Shown here piece after piece: positions 10,589 to 21,438 of a stretch of DNA of 64,000 bases (positions are counted from its first letter, which is position 1; each line of letters starts with the position of its first letter). The stretch lies in the IMG/VR virus record IMGVR_UViG_3300028048_002144; one strand, given 5' to 3'. This stretch comes from a virus (lineage: Duplodnaviria; Caudoviricetes). The notes beneath the pieces were generated by a model, which did no database searches, was not told where the DNA came from, and saw nothing but the letters and a program-made list of their open reading frames with translations. Made by a program: the position numbers and the translations under genes.

Positions 10589-11353
10589 TTAAACAAAGAG
10601 ATTAAAAGCTTCTTGTTCATTAATAAAAAAATGAATTCCTTCTGCACATTCGTCAAAACGGTCTTCACAAAAGTTTGGTTCTTCTACTATTTTGCCAACT
10701 TGATAAACAAATGAGTTGTCATAGATTGAATATGCCTTTTTATAACTTTTTTCACCATTTAACGATTTAATTTCAAGAACCTTTGCTTTATTGCAGCGAC
10801 ATTTTCTATTGGTACCACTAGAGCGTTTAGCATCTTCTGGAATTTCTAATTTGACCATACATTCTGTTAATCCAAACCCTCTTTCTTTGCAATAAGCTTT
10901 TTTCCAGCCGATAAAAGAACCTTCTTCTGGGCAGACCATTGGGATATAGGGTATGTTTTTAGTTGTACATAATACCGCACCATGTACGTCTGCGTTACGT
11001 AACTCAGCATAATGCAAGTCAGCATAACTAAGGTTTGCACAACATAAGTCTGCCCCACGCAATATAGCGTAAGTCAAGTCTGTAGCACGCAAGTCTGCAC
11101 AACACAAGATAGCGCCTCGAAAGTCAACAGCACGTAAATCCGCATTACGCAAATCCGCATTACACAAGTCTGTACCTCGCAAGTCTGCACCATACAAAAT
11201 AACTTCCCGTAAATCTGCCTCACGCAAATTGTAGTTGCGTAAGTTAAGCTGATGTAAGTCCTCACCACGCAGATTAGCACGTTCACCGTCTTTGTTACCA
11301 CGTATCCACTTTTTGTGTTTTTTCATAATTTCATTTAATGTCTTTTGATCCAT
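10589..11353 (-). CDS. Pentapeptide-repeat protein with DUF5758-like C-terminus
   Basis: A(D/N)LR.. repeats; GWKK, KCRCNKAKV, GIHFF. Confidence 0.88.
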   Translation of the reverse strand: MDQKTLNEIMKKHKKWIRGNKDGERANLRGEDLHQLNLRNYNLREADLREVILYGADLRGTDLCNADLRNADLRAVDFRGAILCCADLRATDLTYAILRGADLCCANLSYADLHYAELRNADVHGAVLCTTKNIPYIPMVCPEEGSFIGWKKAYCKERGFGLTECMVKLEIPEDAKRSSGTNRKCRCNKAKVLEIKSLNGEKSYKKAYSIYDNSFVYQVGKIVEEPNFCEDRFDECAEGIHFFINEQEAFNLFV

Positions 11354-11507
11354 ATTTATTACACTTTCTATTCTTCTTAATAATTAGGTTTATAATTATC
11401 TTTTATAATTTTTACTGTTCACACCATGTTGTAGCTGCTGTAACTACCATCTTCATTTCTTCGTCTGTTAATGGTTTTAGCGTACACATAGTAGAACAAT
11501 TTATATC

Positions 11508-11534
11508 AATTGCTCCGACTCTATAAAGTCGAAG
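11508..11534. repeat. Isolated copy of an IS200/IS605 end hairpin
   Basis: aattgctccgact-ctataa-agtcgaag versus aattgctccgact-tttata-agtcggag at 54682-54708. Confidence 0.55.
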
Positions 11535-11569
11535 TGTAAGTTTTGCCTTCTCTTTAATACAAATAGCTA

Positions 11570-12463
11570 CTATATCATCTCTTCCTTAGCAATTTGTTCA
11601 AAATCTTCCCATGTTAGTTCTTTTAACTTTTCATCAAGAACTTTATTAGCGTATTCATTATCGTCTTCGCAGCAGATTTCAATATCTGTAAAACGCTCTT
11701 TGCGAACAGTATCATCCATAATATATTCACGTAGCTGTTCAATATACTGCTTTCCTACTGCACTCGAACAAACACGATTCTTATCGTTACTTAATTTTTC
11801 TTCAAAAACTCTATACGAATCTGGGAAATATTTGCCATATTTCTCAAAGAATTGTTTTTGTTTATTAGTAGATTCACCAAGCATTGCCTTTTCAAATATA
11901 AAATTATTGTTCTTTTTAATTGTTTTTCCATCAAATGTAAAAACATCAATATGTGTAGAGGTATCTGGGTGATAAATATTATCAGATAAGCCACATTCAG
12001 GCTCATATTTGTATTCAATCTTTATATGCAATTCGTTATCAATTTTACAATATGATGTTTTTGTAATAATAGCAGACGGTTCTATGCCACCACCTTCTAG
12101 CTCATCAATTTCGTGCTGAAGTTTGAAAGCTTTTATTGCTATATAATGCATTTTGCTTATAGGATATTCTTTATACTTACTCTTTTTAGTCTGCTTATTA
12201 TTGATTTCTTCCACGATATAGTAATGTTTTGCACCGTATCGTCCATGACTCATTGCATATTTATCACGTTGTGATCCTGCAGCCCATATTGAAACGAAAG
12301 ATACATCTGCATCAATAACGTCTCGTTTTAAGGCTTTTCGAATAACTACATTCTTTCCTTCAAAAAACTTATTTACCGCTTCATTCATTGTTTTTGCTTC
12401 TATAACAATGACATCAGGACAATAAGTTTCTTTTCCATGGAACTCTAATTCATACTTATTCAT
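11570..12463 (-). CDS. Hypothetical protein
   Basis: 297 aa ORF with AAGGAG RBS. Confidence 0.7.
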   Translation of the reverse strand: MNKYELEFHGKETYCPDVIVIEAKTMNEAVNKFFEGKNVVIRKALKRDVIDADVSFVSIWAAGSQRDKYAMSHGRYGAKHYYIVEEINNKQTKKSKYKEYPISKMHYIAIKAFKLQHEIDELEGGGIEPSAIITKTSYCKIDNELHIKIEYKYEPECGLSDNIYHPDTSTHIDVFTFDGKTIKKNNNFIFEKAMLGESTNKQKQFFEKYGKYFPDSYRVFEEKLSNDKNRVCSSAVGKQYIEQLREYIMDDTVRKERFTDIEICCEDDNEYANKVLDEKLKELTWEDFEQIAKEEMI

Positions 12464-12478
12464 TTATATCTCCTTTAA

Positions 12479-12901
12479 TTAAAGCTCACTATAAAGATTG
12501 TGGCCAAATAAATCATGGCATTCTGAACACAACACATCTTTATTCGCCCCTTCTGCAACTGTTCCACAATATTTACAGAAATGACGATCCTTCGCTTCTG
12601 CAATCTGGATTCGCTTTAAATTCGAATATTCCGAATCTAGTGCCTCTCGAATCTCATTCTCGGATTCAGCTTCCCAATTCTCCCATTCAATTGTCTGTCC
12701 ATTCTGTTTCGTAATTGATACGATATAATCTGTAGTGCGCAAAAACTGATCATACAGAGGCTGAGCCTTTGTAATAAATTCGTCTAAATTCGCATCACTT
12801 AATCGAGATAGCTTTGATTTCGGAATCTTCTTTCCATTCTTTTTTGCTATAAAATTCTCGTGAATGAATCGTATCTTTGTTGCTCTATTATTTCTTCTCA
12901 T
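12479..12901 (-). CDS. Hypothetical protein with C-terminal zinc finger
   Basis: CKYC...CSEC; promoter motif and RBS upstream. Confidence 0.7.
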   Translation of the reverse strand: MRRNNRATKIRFIHENFIAKKNGKKIPKSKLSRLSDANLDEFITKAQPLYDQFLRTTDYIVSITKQNGQTIEWENWEAESENEIREALDSEYSNLKRIQIAEAKDRHFCKYCGTVAEGANKDVLCSECHDLFGHNLYSEL

Positions 12902-13016
12902 TTATATTCTCCTTTCTTATCTATAAAAATCTATCTTTAATATGAATTATTTTTTGCACGAAAAAACCACCCAGATTACTCTGAGTGGTTTTATAATTCT
13001 TATATGAACTTACAAC

Positions 13017-13418
13017 TTATGCGAATGGGATTTCTTCTGTTACTCCTTCTGGAATATCAGTGAATTCTTCCTTTGCATCTTCCGCAGCCTTTTCTGTATT
13101 ATCAGAACTATGGTTCTTTCTCTCGCAGAATTCAAACGATTCTCCAAGGATTGAATTGCCATAGATCTTCTGGCCTTCCTTATTTGTGTAGTTGTTGTTT
13201 CTAAGGCTACCCTCAATAAGGATCTTTGAACCCTTCTTAAAATACTTAACTGCGTTTTCAGCAGCCTTACCGAAGAATGCAACTGTAAAGAAATCAGCTC
13301 CTTCTCCTCGAAGTCTTGGAACGATCAATGTTACGTTCGCAACAGCTGTATCCTTTCCAGTGTGTCTAAGTTCAAGCTTCTCTTCCTTTACGTATCCAGT
13401 TAACTGTACTCTGTTCAT
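13017..13418 (-). CDS. ssb: Single-stranded DNA-binding protein
   Basis: MNRVQLTG, KGSKILIEGSL, acidic tail EEIPF. Confidence 0.93.
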   Translation of the reverse strand: MNRVQLTGYVKEEKLELRHTGKDTAVANVTLIVPRLRGEGADFFTVAFFGKAAENAVKYFKKGSKILIEGSLRNNNYTNKEGQKIYGNSILGESFEFCERKNHSSDNTEKAAEDAKEEFTDIPEGVTEEIPFA

Positions 13419-13732
13419 AATAATATGATTCCTTTCTGTTATTAAATATTATTGACTAGTTTTTATATGACAGAAAATTATTCAAAAATTTCTGCCATTC
13501 TTTTGTACTTTTCTTCCTTCTTTTTATTTACAGCTTTAAAGTTCTTTCTAGGCTTGTACTTTTTACAGTTCTTACAAACCTTTTTCATGTCACTGGTCTT
13601 ACCCTTCTGACATGTTTCTCCAAAAGCTGTGTAATAAATACAAGGTGCTAATCTATCTTTCATAACAAGTCCTCCGTCTAGTGTTTTTACATTATTAATA
13701 TGACTGATAATGCTTACTATTAGTGAAAATTA

Positions 13733-14629
13733 TTACGATTTTTCTAATCCTAACCATTCAGCAATTGTCATTTGCCTATATTCACTAGGATTATCTTCTT
13801 TTTCTTTTAAAGTGAGTTCTTTTACTATCTGATCTCTTTCAGCTAATGTCTGTTTAGAAAAACAATTCCATTTTGGATATGCAAGATTAGGTGTTTTCTC
13901 AAGTGCTACATATTCATTCCAAATATTAGGCATCTTTTCATATATCATTCTATGCTCACATAATTTAGCGTTAGGGCAGAACCAACATCCATCTCTCGTT
14001 ACTCCTGGTAATGTATATTGTGGTGATACCATATCGTATTTTTCACATAACCTATATGCATCTTTCTCTGTATATCCATACTTGTCTAACAAAGAAAACG
14101 TATTAGGCTGTTTATACAAGGATTCGAGGCGTTTTGGTTCATCTAATGCTATTCCTACGTATTGGATACTATTGTTTTTGATATTAGCTTTTTCCCAGTC
14201 TTTTATTGGCTTTAATTTGCAATCTCTTTTGATTGCGCACATACCACTAGGGACAAATCCCCATGTTTTTCCAACTCTTTCTGGATCTGGGCTTCTAGAT
14301 AGTTTATGGTAGAAATTACTTAAAAAGTCTTTTTTAGCTCGTAGAATTTTTACTTCATATCCCCATGATTCAAATACTTTTTTCTTTTCATATATGAACT
14401 TTATTATATCTGGATTATGTCCAGATATATTTCTCTTTAAGTCATACATTACTTCAGCAAAAAGTATTGTTACTTTATCACCAGGATTCATTAGTTCTTT
14501 CTCATGCTCATGGAACAATATTACTGTGGCAGTAGAATCCTTGCCACCGGACCATGAAATAACATGATTAACAGGTTCTGAATTAAGATGTGAGTTTTTA
14601 GTAGCTTCAAATGTCTGTAACATGTACAA
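13733..14629 (-). CDS. Second PAPS reductase-like PP-loop protein (start uncertain)
   Basis: SWSGGKDS, YVGIALDE, RDGCWFCP. Confidence 0.85.
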   Translation of the reverse strand: MYMLQTFEATKNSHLNSEPVNHVISWSGGKDSTATVILFHEHEKELMNPGDKVTILFAEVMYDLKRNISGHNPDIIKFIYEKKKVFESWGYEVKILRAKKDFLSNFYHKLSRSPDPERVGKTWGFVPSGMCAIKRDCKLKPIKDWEKANIKNNSIQYVGIALDEPKRLESLYKQPNTFSLLDKYGYTEKDAYRLCEKYDMVSPQYTLPGVTRDGCWFCPNAKLCEHRMIYEKMPNIWNEYVALEKTPNLAYPKWNCFSKQTLAERDQIVKELTLKEKEDNPSEYRQMTIAEWLGLEKS

Positions 14630-14724
14630 ACATTCAATCGCATATATAGAAGCGTGGATGATAGGCTACTCAACAAGTTCTTTCATCCTTAATGCTTACT
14701 ATTCCTCACCTTAAACAATCTTTC

Positions 14725-15078
14725 CTATATGGCGATTGCTACCTCCTCATTAGTATTTTTTAACATCTTAATTCTCTGTCGAACTATACGTAGTTCTACT
14801 ACACTTTTCTGTCTTCTTTTACGATCCATTCGTAAGGACTCTTTATCAAAACCTACCAGGCTTCGATTCTGATCTAGCTGCAAATCAATGATAGTATCAT
14901 AATCTGCAATACTCTCTACTAATTCCTCTTCTAATGAACACAGTTCATCATAATTCATCGTAGAAATATCTTTTGTCTCATTTCCGCATGCAAATTCTTC
15001 ATCTGTGAAAATCATTACATTTTTATCTGATTCGTCAAATGGAATTAACACCGGATTTTTCTTTTTATGTTTCTTCAT
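14725..15078 (-). CDS. Hypothetical protein
   Basis: Promoter motif at 15113 and RBS. Confidence 0.65.
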   Translation of the reverse strand: MKKHKKKNPVLIPFDESDKNVMIFTDEEFACGNETKDISTMNYDELCSLEEELVESIADYDTIIDLQLDQNRSLVGFDKESLRMDRKRRQKSVVELRIVRQRIKMLKNTNEEVAIAI

Positions 15079-15264
15079 TTCGTTCTCCTTTCTAACTTAA
15101 ATAGTTATTTTTAATATGAATTATTTTTAGCAATAAAAAACCAGGTACAGATTAAATGTGTCTAGTTTAAATATTGTCTTTCGAGATTATTGTGTTGAAT
15201 GAATTTACGAATTTTTCATCTGTCATATTAAATACGTTTGAAATCGAAAGAATTGGAGTACAAA

Positions 15265-15453
15265 ATGGAAAATGCTAGTTTTAATTTCGTATTGACGTTA
15301 GATGCTTATTTAAAAAATGGTCATGTTGTGACGTTTTCTCCTAATAAGTCTCTTTGTAGAATTATAGAGATCTTATGGGATAAAAAAGAATTAGTTTTAT
15401 TAGATCAGAGAGGAAAATTATTTTTATCTCATTTCTCTAATATTTCTTTATAG
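15265..15453 (+). CDS. Small hypothetical protein on the minority strand
   Basis: CTGTCATATTAA in + orientation at 15220, GGAG RBS, terminator hairpin at 15477-15518. Confidence 0.55.
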   Translation: MENASFNFVLTLDAYLKNGHVVTFSPNKSLCRIIEILWDKKELVLLDQRGKLFLSHFSNISL

Positions 15454-15802
15454 GCAGCAGCGTGTATACGAAAAATAAAAGACTACCTTCCAGGTATTCC
15501 TGGTTGGTAGTCTTTTTTAGATTGTTCTTTTAGGTTTTCAGGGAATTATTGTTACTTTTATTATATAGATAAAACACAAATTCTAAAAGTATTACTTTTT
15601 TGTATTTAGTTCATGCAGCTCATCTGCAATGATTGATAATGACTCCCCAATATTAAGAAGTGCTTCTAGCATCGGATCTCCTGCACTACTTCGTACATTT
15701 CTCGCAAACTTAATTGTTTTATCGTGCATAGAAACATATTCCTTTTGTTCTCGCTTCTCTTTCCCGATTGTATGAGTTTTTCTTTTATTAGTTTCCATTT
15801 TT

Positions 15803-16354
15803 CTATACCTTTTCTAAATCTCTGTCGCATACAGTTGTTTGGTTATATTTATTTTCAGATACTTTATAGACAATACCGCTCCTCGTTACCGAAACTTCGT
15901 CTACAGTGTATTTTCGTTCTGGATCATATTTTAGTCTTACAGAATCTCCAGGTAAAAATCTGCAGGACAAATGCTGTTTTAATGATGATTCATCGTTATT
16001 TTTGGCATTTCTTTTGTTTACCTTTGTTGGCTCTGCCACTTTTTCTACTGTTTTCTTTGGCTTTGCTGCATCGTCTTTATTTTTAGTATTCGTAGTTTTC
16101 TCTTTTGTTTTAGTGGCTGATTTAACTGCCTTAACTTCCGGTTTATTACTTGCTGACTTAGTTTCCTTTTTGTCAGTTTCCTTTTTACCTCTTCTTTTCC
16201 TTTCTTTTTCGGTAATCTTGTTATTATCATCAATAAACAGCCTTACAATTTTATCTTCAAGTTCTATTCTGGCAGTATCATCTTCTATTTCAAATTTAAG
16301 TGCATTAACATAATTTTTTTCAATATATTTTTTGAGCCATGTTTCTTTTTTCAT
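15803..16354 (-). CDS. Lys-rich protein with possible KOW/SH3-like C-terminus
   Basis: RBS GAAAGGA before ATG 16354; FLPGDSVRLK. Confidence 0.55.
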   Translation of the reverse strand: MKKETWLKKYIEKNYVNALKFEIEDDTARIELEDKIVRLFIDDNNKITEKERKRRGKKETDKKETKSASNKPEVKAVKSATKTKEKTTNTKNKDDAAKPKKTVEKVAEPTKVNKRNAKNNDESSLKQHLSCRFLPGDSVRLKYDPERKYTVDEVSVTRSGIVYKVSENKYNQTTVCDRDLEKV

Positions 16355-16358
16355 ATAA

Positions 16359-16532
16359 TTATCCTTTCGAAAATTTGAGTTCACATCTATACGAGCAAAA
16401 TATAGGGCTAATCCCATGTTTGTATTTATTATTCATCTCTTTCGATGACAATGCAAATTTTTGTTTACAACAAGGGCAAGTTAAGATTTCTCCTGTCCCT
16501 GTATAATTTTTAGGATGTAAAATTATGTCCAT
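16359..16532 (-). CDS. Small zinc-finger-like protein (57 aa, not in the ORF track)
   Basis: Manual translation: TCPCCKQKF...FCSYRC. Confidence 0.6.
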   Translation of the reverse strand: MDIILHPKNYTGTGEILTCPCCKQKFALSSKEMNNKYKHGISPIFCSYRCELKFSKG

Positions 16533-16544
16533 ACGTTTTCTCTC

Positions 16545-17549
16545 TTAATTTTCTAGAATTGTAATGTTATAAAACTCGGGTAACATTAAATCTATTTTTT
16601 TCTTATCTTTTAAAGTTACTACCACTGGTCTCAATACATTTTCAGCTCGGTTTTTTACAACTCTGGCCTCTTCTCCAGTTGATAATTTAACTGTGGTTCC
16701 TACTGGGTATACAACAACATATTTAATGAATGTTTCTACTACGTCAAAATTAAACATGATTCCGCAATTACCCATTAAGTATTCAATAGACTCTTTAGCA
16801 TCGTATTTCTCTTTATACGCCCTTTTAGAACATAAAGCGTCATATACGTCTGCTACATGTATTATTTTGGCTACAAGAGGAATTTTAAGGCCTTTGAGTT
16901 TATTAGGATATCCACTACCATCTTCATTCTCGTGGTGGCACAGAACGCCTGCTCTTGAAGATGCATTGATAAGAGTATTATCATACAGCATGTTATATCC
17001 TAATTCTGGGTGGGTATTGATAATTGCTCGTTCTTCTGGTGTTAATCTACCAGGCTTATCTAAAATATCTTTTGATATTGCAGTTTTACCTATATCATGG
17101 AATAACGATCCAATAGCTAATTCATTTAACTCTTTATTATTAAGTCCCATACCTATTCCACATGCTATAGCCAACATACATACATTAACACTATGCTCAT
17201 ATGTATTCTGATGATAATTTTGGATAGTATTCATATCTAGCAAAATTTCATCTTCTTTCATCATTTTATCTACAATATCATTAGCTAAAAATATTACCTT
17301 ATCTATTGATAAACTCTGTAATGCGTTGACCAGTTCATGTCGCTTTTCATCTGAGATAATATCTTTTAATTCTTCATATTCCGAAAATTCATCGAATACA
17401 TATATCCCAGAAATCTTGTTCTTTTTTAACTGCTTAATTAATGATGTAGTAAGTTTTTTGTTTGCTGCTAATAACAGCTTATCTTTATGATACAGTGATT
17501 TTACACTAATCATATTTGGTTTTAGTTCGTCTATTCTTACAAATCGCAT
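16545..17549 (-). CDS. HD-GYP cyclic dinucleotide phosphodiesterase
   Basis: HSVNV, HDIGK, HPELG, HHENEDGSGYP, VADVYDA. Confidence 0.93.
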   Translation of the reverse strand: MRFVRIDELKPNMISVKSLYHKDKLLLAANKKLTTSLIKQLKKNKISGIYVFDEFSEYEELKDIISDEKRHELVNALQSLSIDKVIFLANDIVDKMMKEDEILLDMNTIQNYHQNTYEHSVNVCMLAIACGIGMGLNNKELNELAIGSLFHDIGKTAISKDILDKPGRLTPEERAIINTHPELGYNMLYDNTLINASSRAGVLCHHENEDGSGYPNKLKGLKIPLVAKIIHVADVYDALCSKRAYKEKYDAKESIEYLMGNCGIMFNFDVVETFIKYVVVYPVGTTVKLSTGEEARVVKNRAENVLRPVVVTLKDKKKIDLMLPEFYNITILEN

Positions 17550-18359
17550 AGATATTACCTTACTTTATCTATGTTGTCTTTTTCGGTTATTATACTGGGC
17601 ATGTAACATAGAAAATAATCTTCTTTCATTTTCCTTTTTAATTTTTTCGGCTTTTACCTGTTCGAGTTCTTTTTGCTTGTTCTCTATCTTCTTTCTTTTC
17701 TCATCAGGATATACTTCTAAAGCCTTTCGCTCGATGATATATTTCCCTACCGAACTAGATAGAGTTTTATGATTGTCTTTTGACAATTCTCGTATTAATT
17801 CATTTCGTCTATCATTGTTCATAAATACCTCAAAAAATTAATAAATCATAAAGTTTCAATATTAATATGACAGTTAGCAAAGTATATCCTGCCTTTTTTC
17901 GCACAAAAAACGAGGAGATTTCTCTCCTCGCTTTTCTTTTTTACATGTTATATGCTTTTTTATATTCTTCCCAGGCTTTATTTTCTTCTTCTGTCTGGGT
18001 ATATGTGTTTTCTCCAATTTTACCAGTCTTGCAAACCTTGTCTTCTTCTAAGACCTTTTCAATGTCCTTTTCTAAAACTTTCATGTCTAAGTTACCTTTC
18101 TAGTTATTTATTGGTTTATTATTGAAGTCTTCACTATTAATATGAAAGATTAATGAAACTACGTTTTACTCTTTAATATCAATAAGTAATCCATACTTGT
18201 CTGCGATAGTTTTATTGACTATAATTCTATCTTTTTCAAGCGTTACAATTGCTTCTTCTGTGCCAAAGTATTTCCTGCCGCTTTTCCGAATTAGTAATTC
18301 TTTAGAATCAAATGTAACTCCAACTAAATCTTTTACAATTTTTGTTGTCTGTAGCATAT

Positions 18360-20606
18360 TTATTCTCCCTTTTTCACCATTTTCACTAATTCATCTTCAG
18401 TAATAATAGGAATACCAAGTTCTTTTGCTTTCTTGTTTTTACTAGAAGTAGAATTTACATCATTGTTAACAAGATAAGATGTTTTCTTTGATACTGAACT
18501 TGTTGTCTTACCACCAAGTCCCTCAATCCAGGCATAGAGCGCATCTCGATTGTTAAATCTGATTACAGAACCAGTACAGCAGAAGGTTAATCCTTCAAAA
18601 GGCATTTCATTACTACTTTTATTTTCTTCTACAGTAAATGGCTCAATTTCAAGTTCTTCGTATAAACCCTTGAATGTTTCGTTATATCCGCTATCAATAT
18701 CAAAAATAGCCGGTAGAGATTCGCTGATCCAATTCTTTAGATTAGTTACAATAACTGGTCCAAAACCTTCGATACTTGAGAAATCATAGCCGCAATCATA
18801 CATATTCATTAAAACTTTGAAATAATCAAAACCATTAGGCTCATTATGTCCAGTTTTTTCAACAGCATGTCTTGTTACTGATTCAATTTCTTTCTTTAAG
18901 AGTTTTACCTGACCATGACCAATATTAGGAATACCCTGTGCCACTAGAATACGCTCAAAGGTCGTTTTACGACTCTTATTAATAGCATCTACCATTTTCT
19001 TGGCTGATGTTTTACCCCAGCCTTCCTGGGCTTCTAGCGACTCTCCCCAGATGTTTGCGATATGCCCTTTGTTGATATATTCGTTCGCCATAAAGTATAG
19101 TTCTTCTGGGCCATCTCCTTCAATGAAATCATTTTCCATTAGGAAACGAATCATCTCTACAGATACACCATCAATATTCATCTGGTTTCTACCACAGAAA
19201 TATTCAAACTGATGCAGCTTTCTTTCCGAACAATCATTATTACTACAGAAATAATCTACTGATCCATGATTCTCGATTGGTTCTCCGCAGAATGGACAAG
19301 TATTTGGTACCTCATATACAGCCTTTGGTTCACGATAAATAGTATCTGTAAGCTTAGGAATAATTTCCCCAGACTTAATAATTCCATATACTCCACCAAT
19401 TCCAATATGGTGTTCACGAATATAATCCATATTATTAAGTGTTACACGATTTACTTCAGTTCCACAAATCTGTAGTGGCTTACCGGTTTCATCATCACAT
19501 ACAACTCCTGTAAATGATAATTTTCCTGTTCTTCCAATACCTACTTCAACATCCATTAAACGTGCTCTTTTTTCACTCTGTGGATACTTATATGCAATAT
19601 GCCCAGCACTGTACTTTGATGTGCCTTTGAAATCTTCCTGGTATGTTTTCTGATCAATCTTAACTACTGCTCCATCAATATCATAAGATAACTTATCTCT
19701 TGTTGATTCAATGAAGTTAATAATTGTATCAATGTCTTCAAAGTCTTTACCATACTGGCAATTAACAATAGGGAATCCACATTCCTTCAATGCAAGCAAT
19801 CCGTTTATCTGTGATTTTGTAAGAATATCATTACTAGCTCCTTCAACTTTCTGTACATTAAAAATGAACATTGAAAGGCCTCGTTCTCTTACAAGTGTTG
19901 CATCTTTCTGGCGTAAAGTTCCTGCTGCTAAATTTCTAGGGTTTGCAGCTGGCTTATCTGGGTGTGCCTTATTGTAGCGTTCGAAGTTTTCTTTAGACAT
20001 GTATACTTCTCCACGAACCTGAAACTCATCTCCAAGTACATCATGTGGTAAAGCGCCTCCAATTCTATCATTATGTGAAAAAATAATAACAGGAGGGATA
20101 TCTTCTATCTGAAGATTTTCAGTAACGTCTTCACCAATAAAACCATTACCTCGTGTTTCAGCAAGCACCAAGCGATACTGATCCTGGTACATTTCATCTG
20201 GGTCTCCAAGCACGGGCGTTTCTACATACTGATAACGAAGGGTGCAGGATAACCCATCAATTTTATGTTCAACTGAAAATTCAGCATCTGGGTGAACCGC
20301 CTTTACAGCTTCTACCCATTCCTTTACACTTTCCTTATCGAATACATCTTCAATAGATAGCATAGGCACATCATGTTCTACTTTCGCAAATTTAGATGAT
20401 GCTGTGCCACCTATTTTCTGAGTAATAGAATTGTCTGTTACCCATTCTGGATGTTCTTTTTCAGCTAACTTAATTTTTCTCATAAGCTGATCGTATTCAA
20501 AATCTGATACTAACGGTGCATCCTGGTTATAATACGCATCTGCGTATTTATCCGCTTTTTTTAGCATTTCCTTATAATCGTTTTTTGTTAGTTCTGTCTT
20601 TGACAT
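18360..20606 (-). CDS. ligA: NAD-dependent DNA ligase
   Basis: KIDG adenylation site, TRGNGFIGEDVT, NPRNLAAG, CPFC zinc finger, BRCT SVSKKTSYLV. Confidence 0.96.
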   Translation of the reverse strand: MSKTELTKNDYKEMLKKADKYADAYYNQDAPLVSDFEYDQLMRKIKLAEKEHPEWVTDNSITQKIGGTASSKFAKVEHDVPMLSIEDVFDKESVKEWVEAVKAVHPDAEFSVEHKIDGLSCTLRYQYVETPVLGDPDEMYQDQYRLVLAETRGNGFIGEDVTENLQIEDIPPVIIFSHNDRIGGALPHDVLGDEFQVRGEVYMSKENFERYNKAHPDKPAANPRNLAAGTLRQKDATLVRERGLSMFIFNVQKVEGASNDILTKSQINGLLALKECGFPIVNCQYGKDFEDIDTIINFIESTRDKLSYDIDGAVVKIDQKTYQEDFKGTSKYSAGHIAYKYPQSEKRARLMDVEVGIGRTGKLSFTGVVCDDETGKPLQICGTEVNRVTLNNMDYIREHHIGIGGVYGIIKSGEIIPKLTDTIYREPKAVYEVPNTCPFCGEPIENHGSVDYFCSNNDCSERKLHQFEYFCGRNQMNIDGVSVEMIRFLMENDFIEGDGPEELYFMANEYINKGHIANIWGESLEAQEGWGKTSAKKMVDAINKSRKTTFERILVAQGIPNIGHGQVKLLKKEIESVTRHAVEKTGHNEPNGFDYFKVLMNMYDCGYDFSSIEGFGPVIVTNLKNWISESLPAIFDIDSGYNETFKGLYEELEIEPFTVEENKSSNEMPFEGLTFCCTGSVIRFNNRDALYAWIEGLGGKTTSSVSKKTSYLVNNDVNSTSSKNKKAKELGIPIITEDELVKMVKKGE

Positions 20607-20700
20607 ATGTTTCTCCTTTCATACTTTAAAACTACTATTAATATGAATTATTTTTAAACATAAAAAAGCTAGGTACTAACTATACCTAGCTTTATAATCC

Positions 20701-21205
20701 TTATATAAAATTTGATACAGACATTCCTGGTGCATTCCACGGTGATGATGGGCCATAATCTCCACTTGTTGCTGATGTATACTCATGCACATCTTCTTCA
20801 TCTTCAATTTCGGCTACTCGCACAAACTCAATCAAGCCTGGAATTACATAGCCACAATCTAAAGTGACATATTCATCGTATTCCTTGAGCGTTTCGTCAA
20901 GTTCGTTCTCTGGAATAGCTCCCATGATCTGATATACAACATCTGCGAAATGCTTTTCATCACATCTATCCTTAATGTCATGGAAAACACCTTCTAACAA
21001 TGCTGAAATATCATCTGAGTCAATATCGTCTTTACCGATTTCGACAATATGTGCATATGGCATTACTCCATCATTTGTTGTATGATACTGCATAAGTGCT
21101 ATATTCTGAAAAATTTCTACCTCAGAATTACTAATAGGGTAATACCTATCTCTCGCAACCTTTTTTGAATGATTCGATCTGTTCTGTATTTGTAACTCTA
21201 TCCAT
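20701..21205 (-). pseudogene. Hypothetical gene with a +1 frameshift at A6 (21161-21166)
   Basis: Promoter, RBS and ATG at 21205; removing one A joins it in frame to ORF 20701-21093. Confidence 0.55.
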
Positions 21206-21438
21206 TCTATTCTCCTTTCAGTTATTAGATATCTAGCTAAAATATGAATGATTTTTTATAACAAAAAACTACCTAGATAACTAGGTAGTTTTGGGCTTGT
21301 AATCAGATTTTACAATCGTATCCATTTTCTTTATTTCCATTATAGCATGCAACATTTTGTTAGCAGTATTTTTCGATACATTAAATTCTTTTGATAATAG
21401 TTCTTTCCATTCGTTATTTGTCATAAGGATTTCCTCCT

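Noticed and set aside
804-14686. TAG reassignment (in-frame TAG near the 5' ends of the sigma gene and the second PAPS reductase-like gene)
   Set aside because: Long conserved genes have no internal TAG, and many genes end in TAG right before the next gene or terminator
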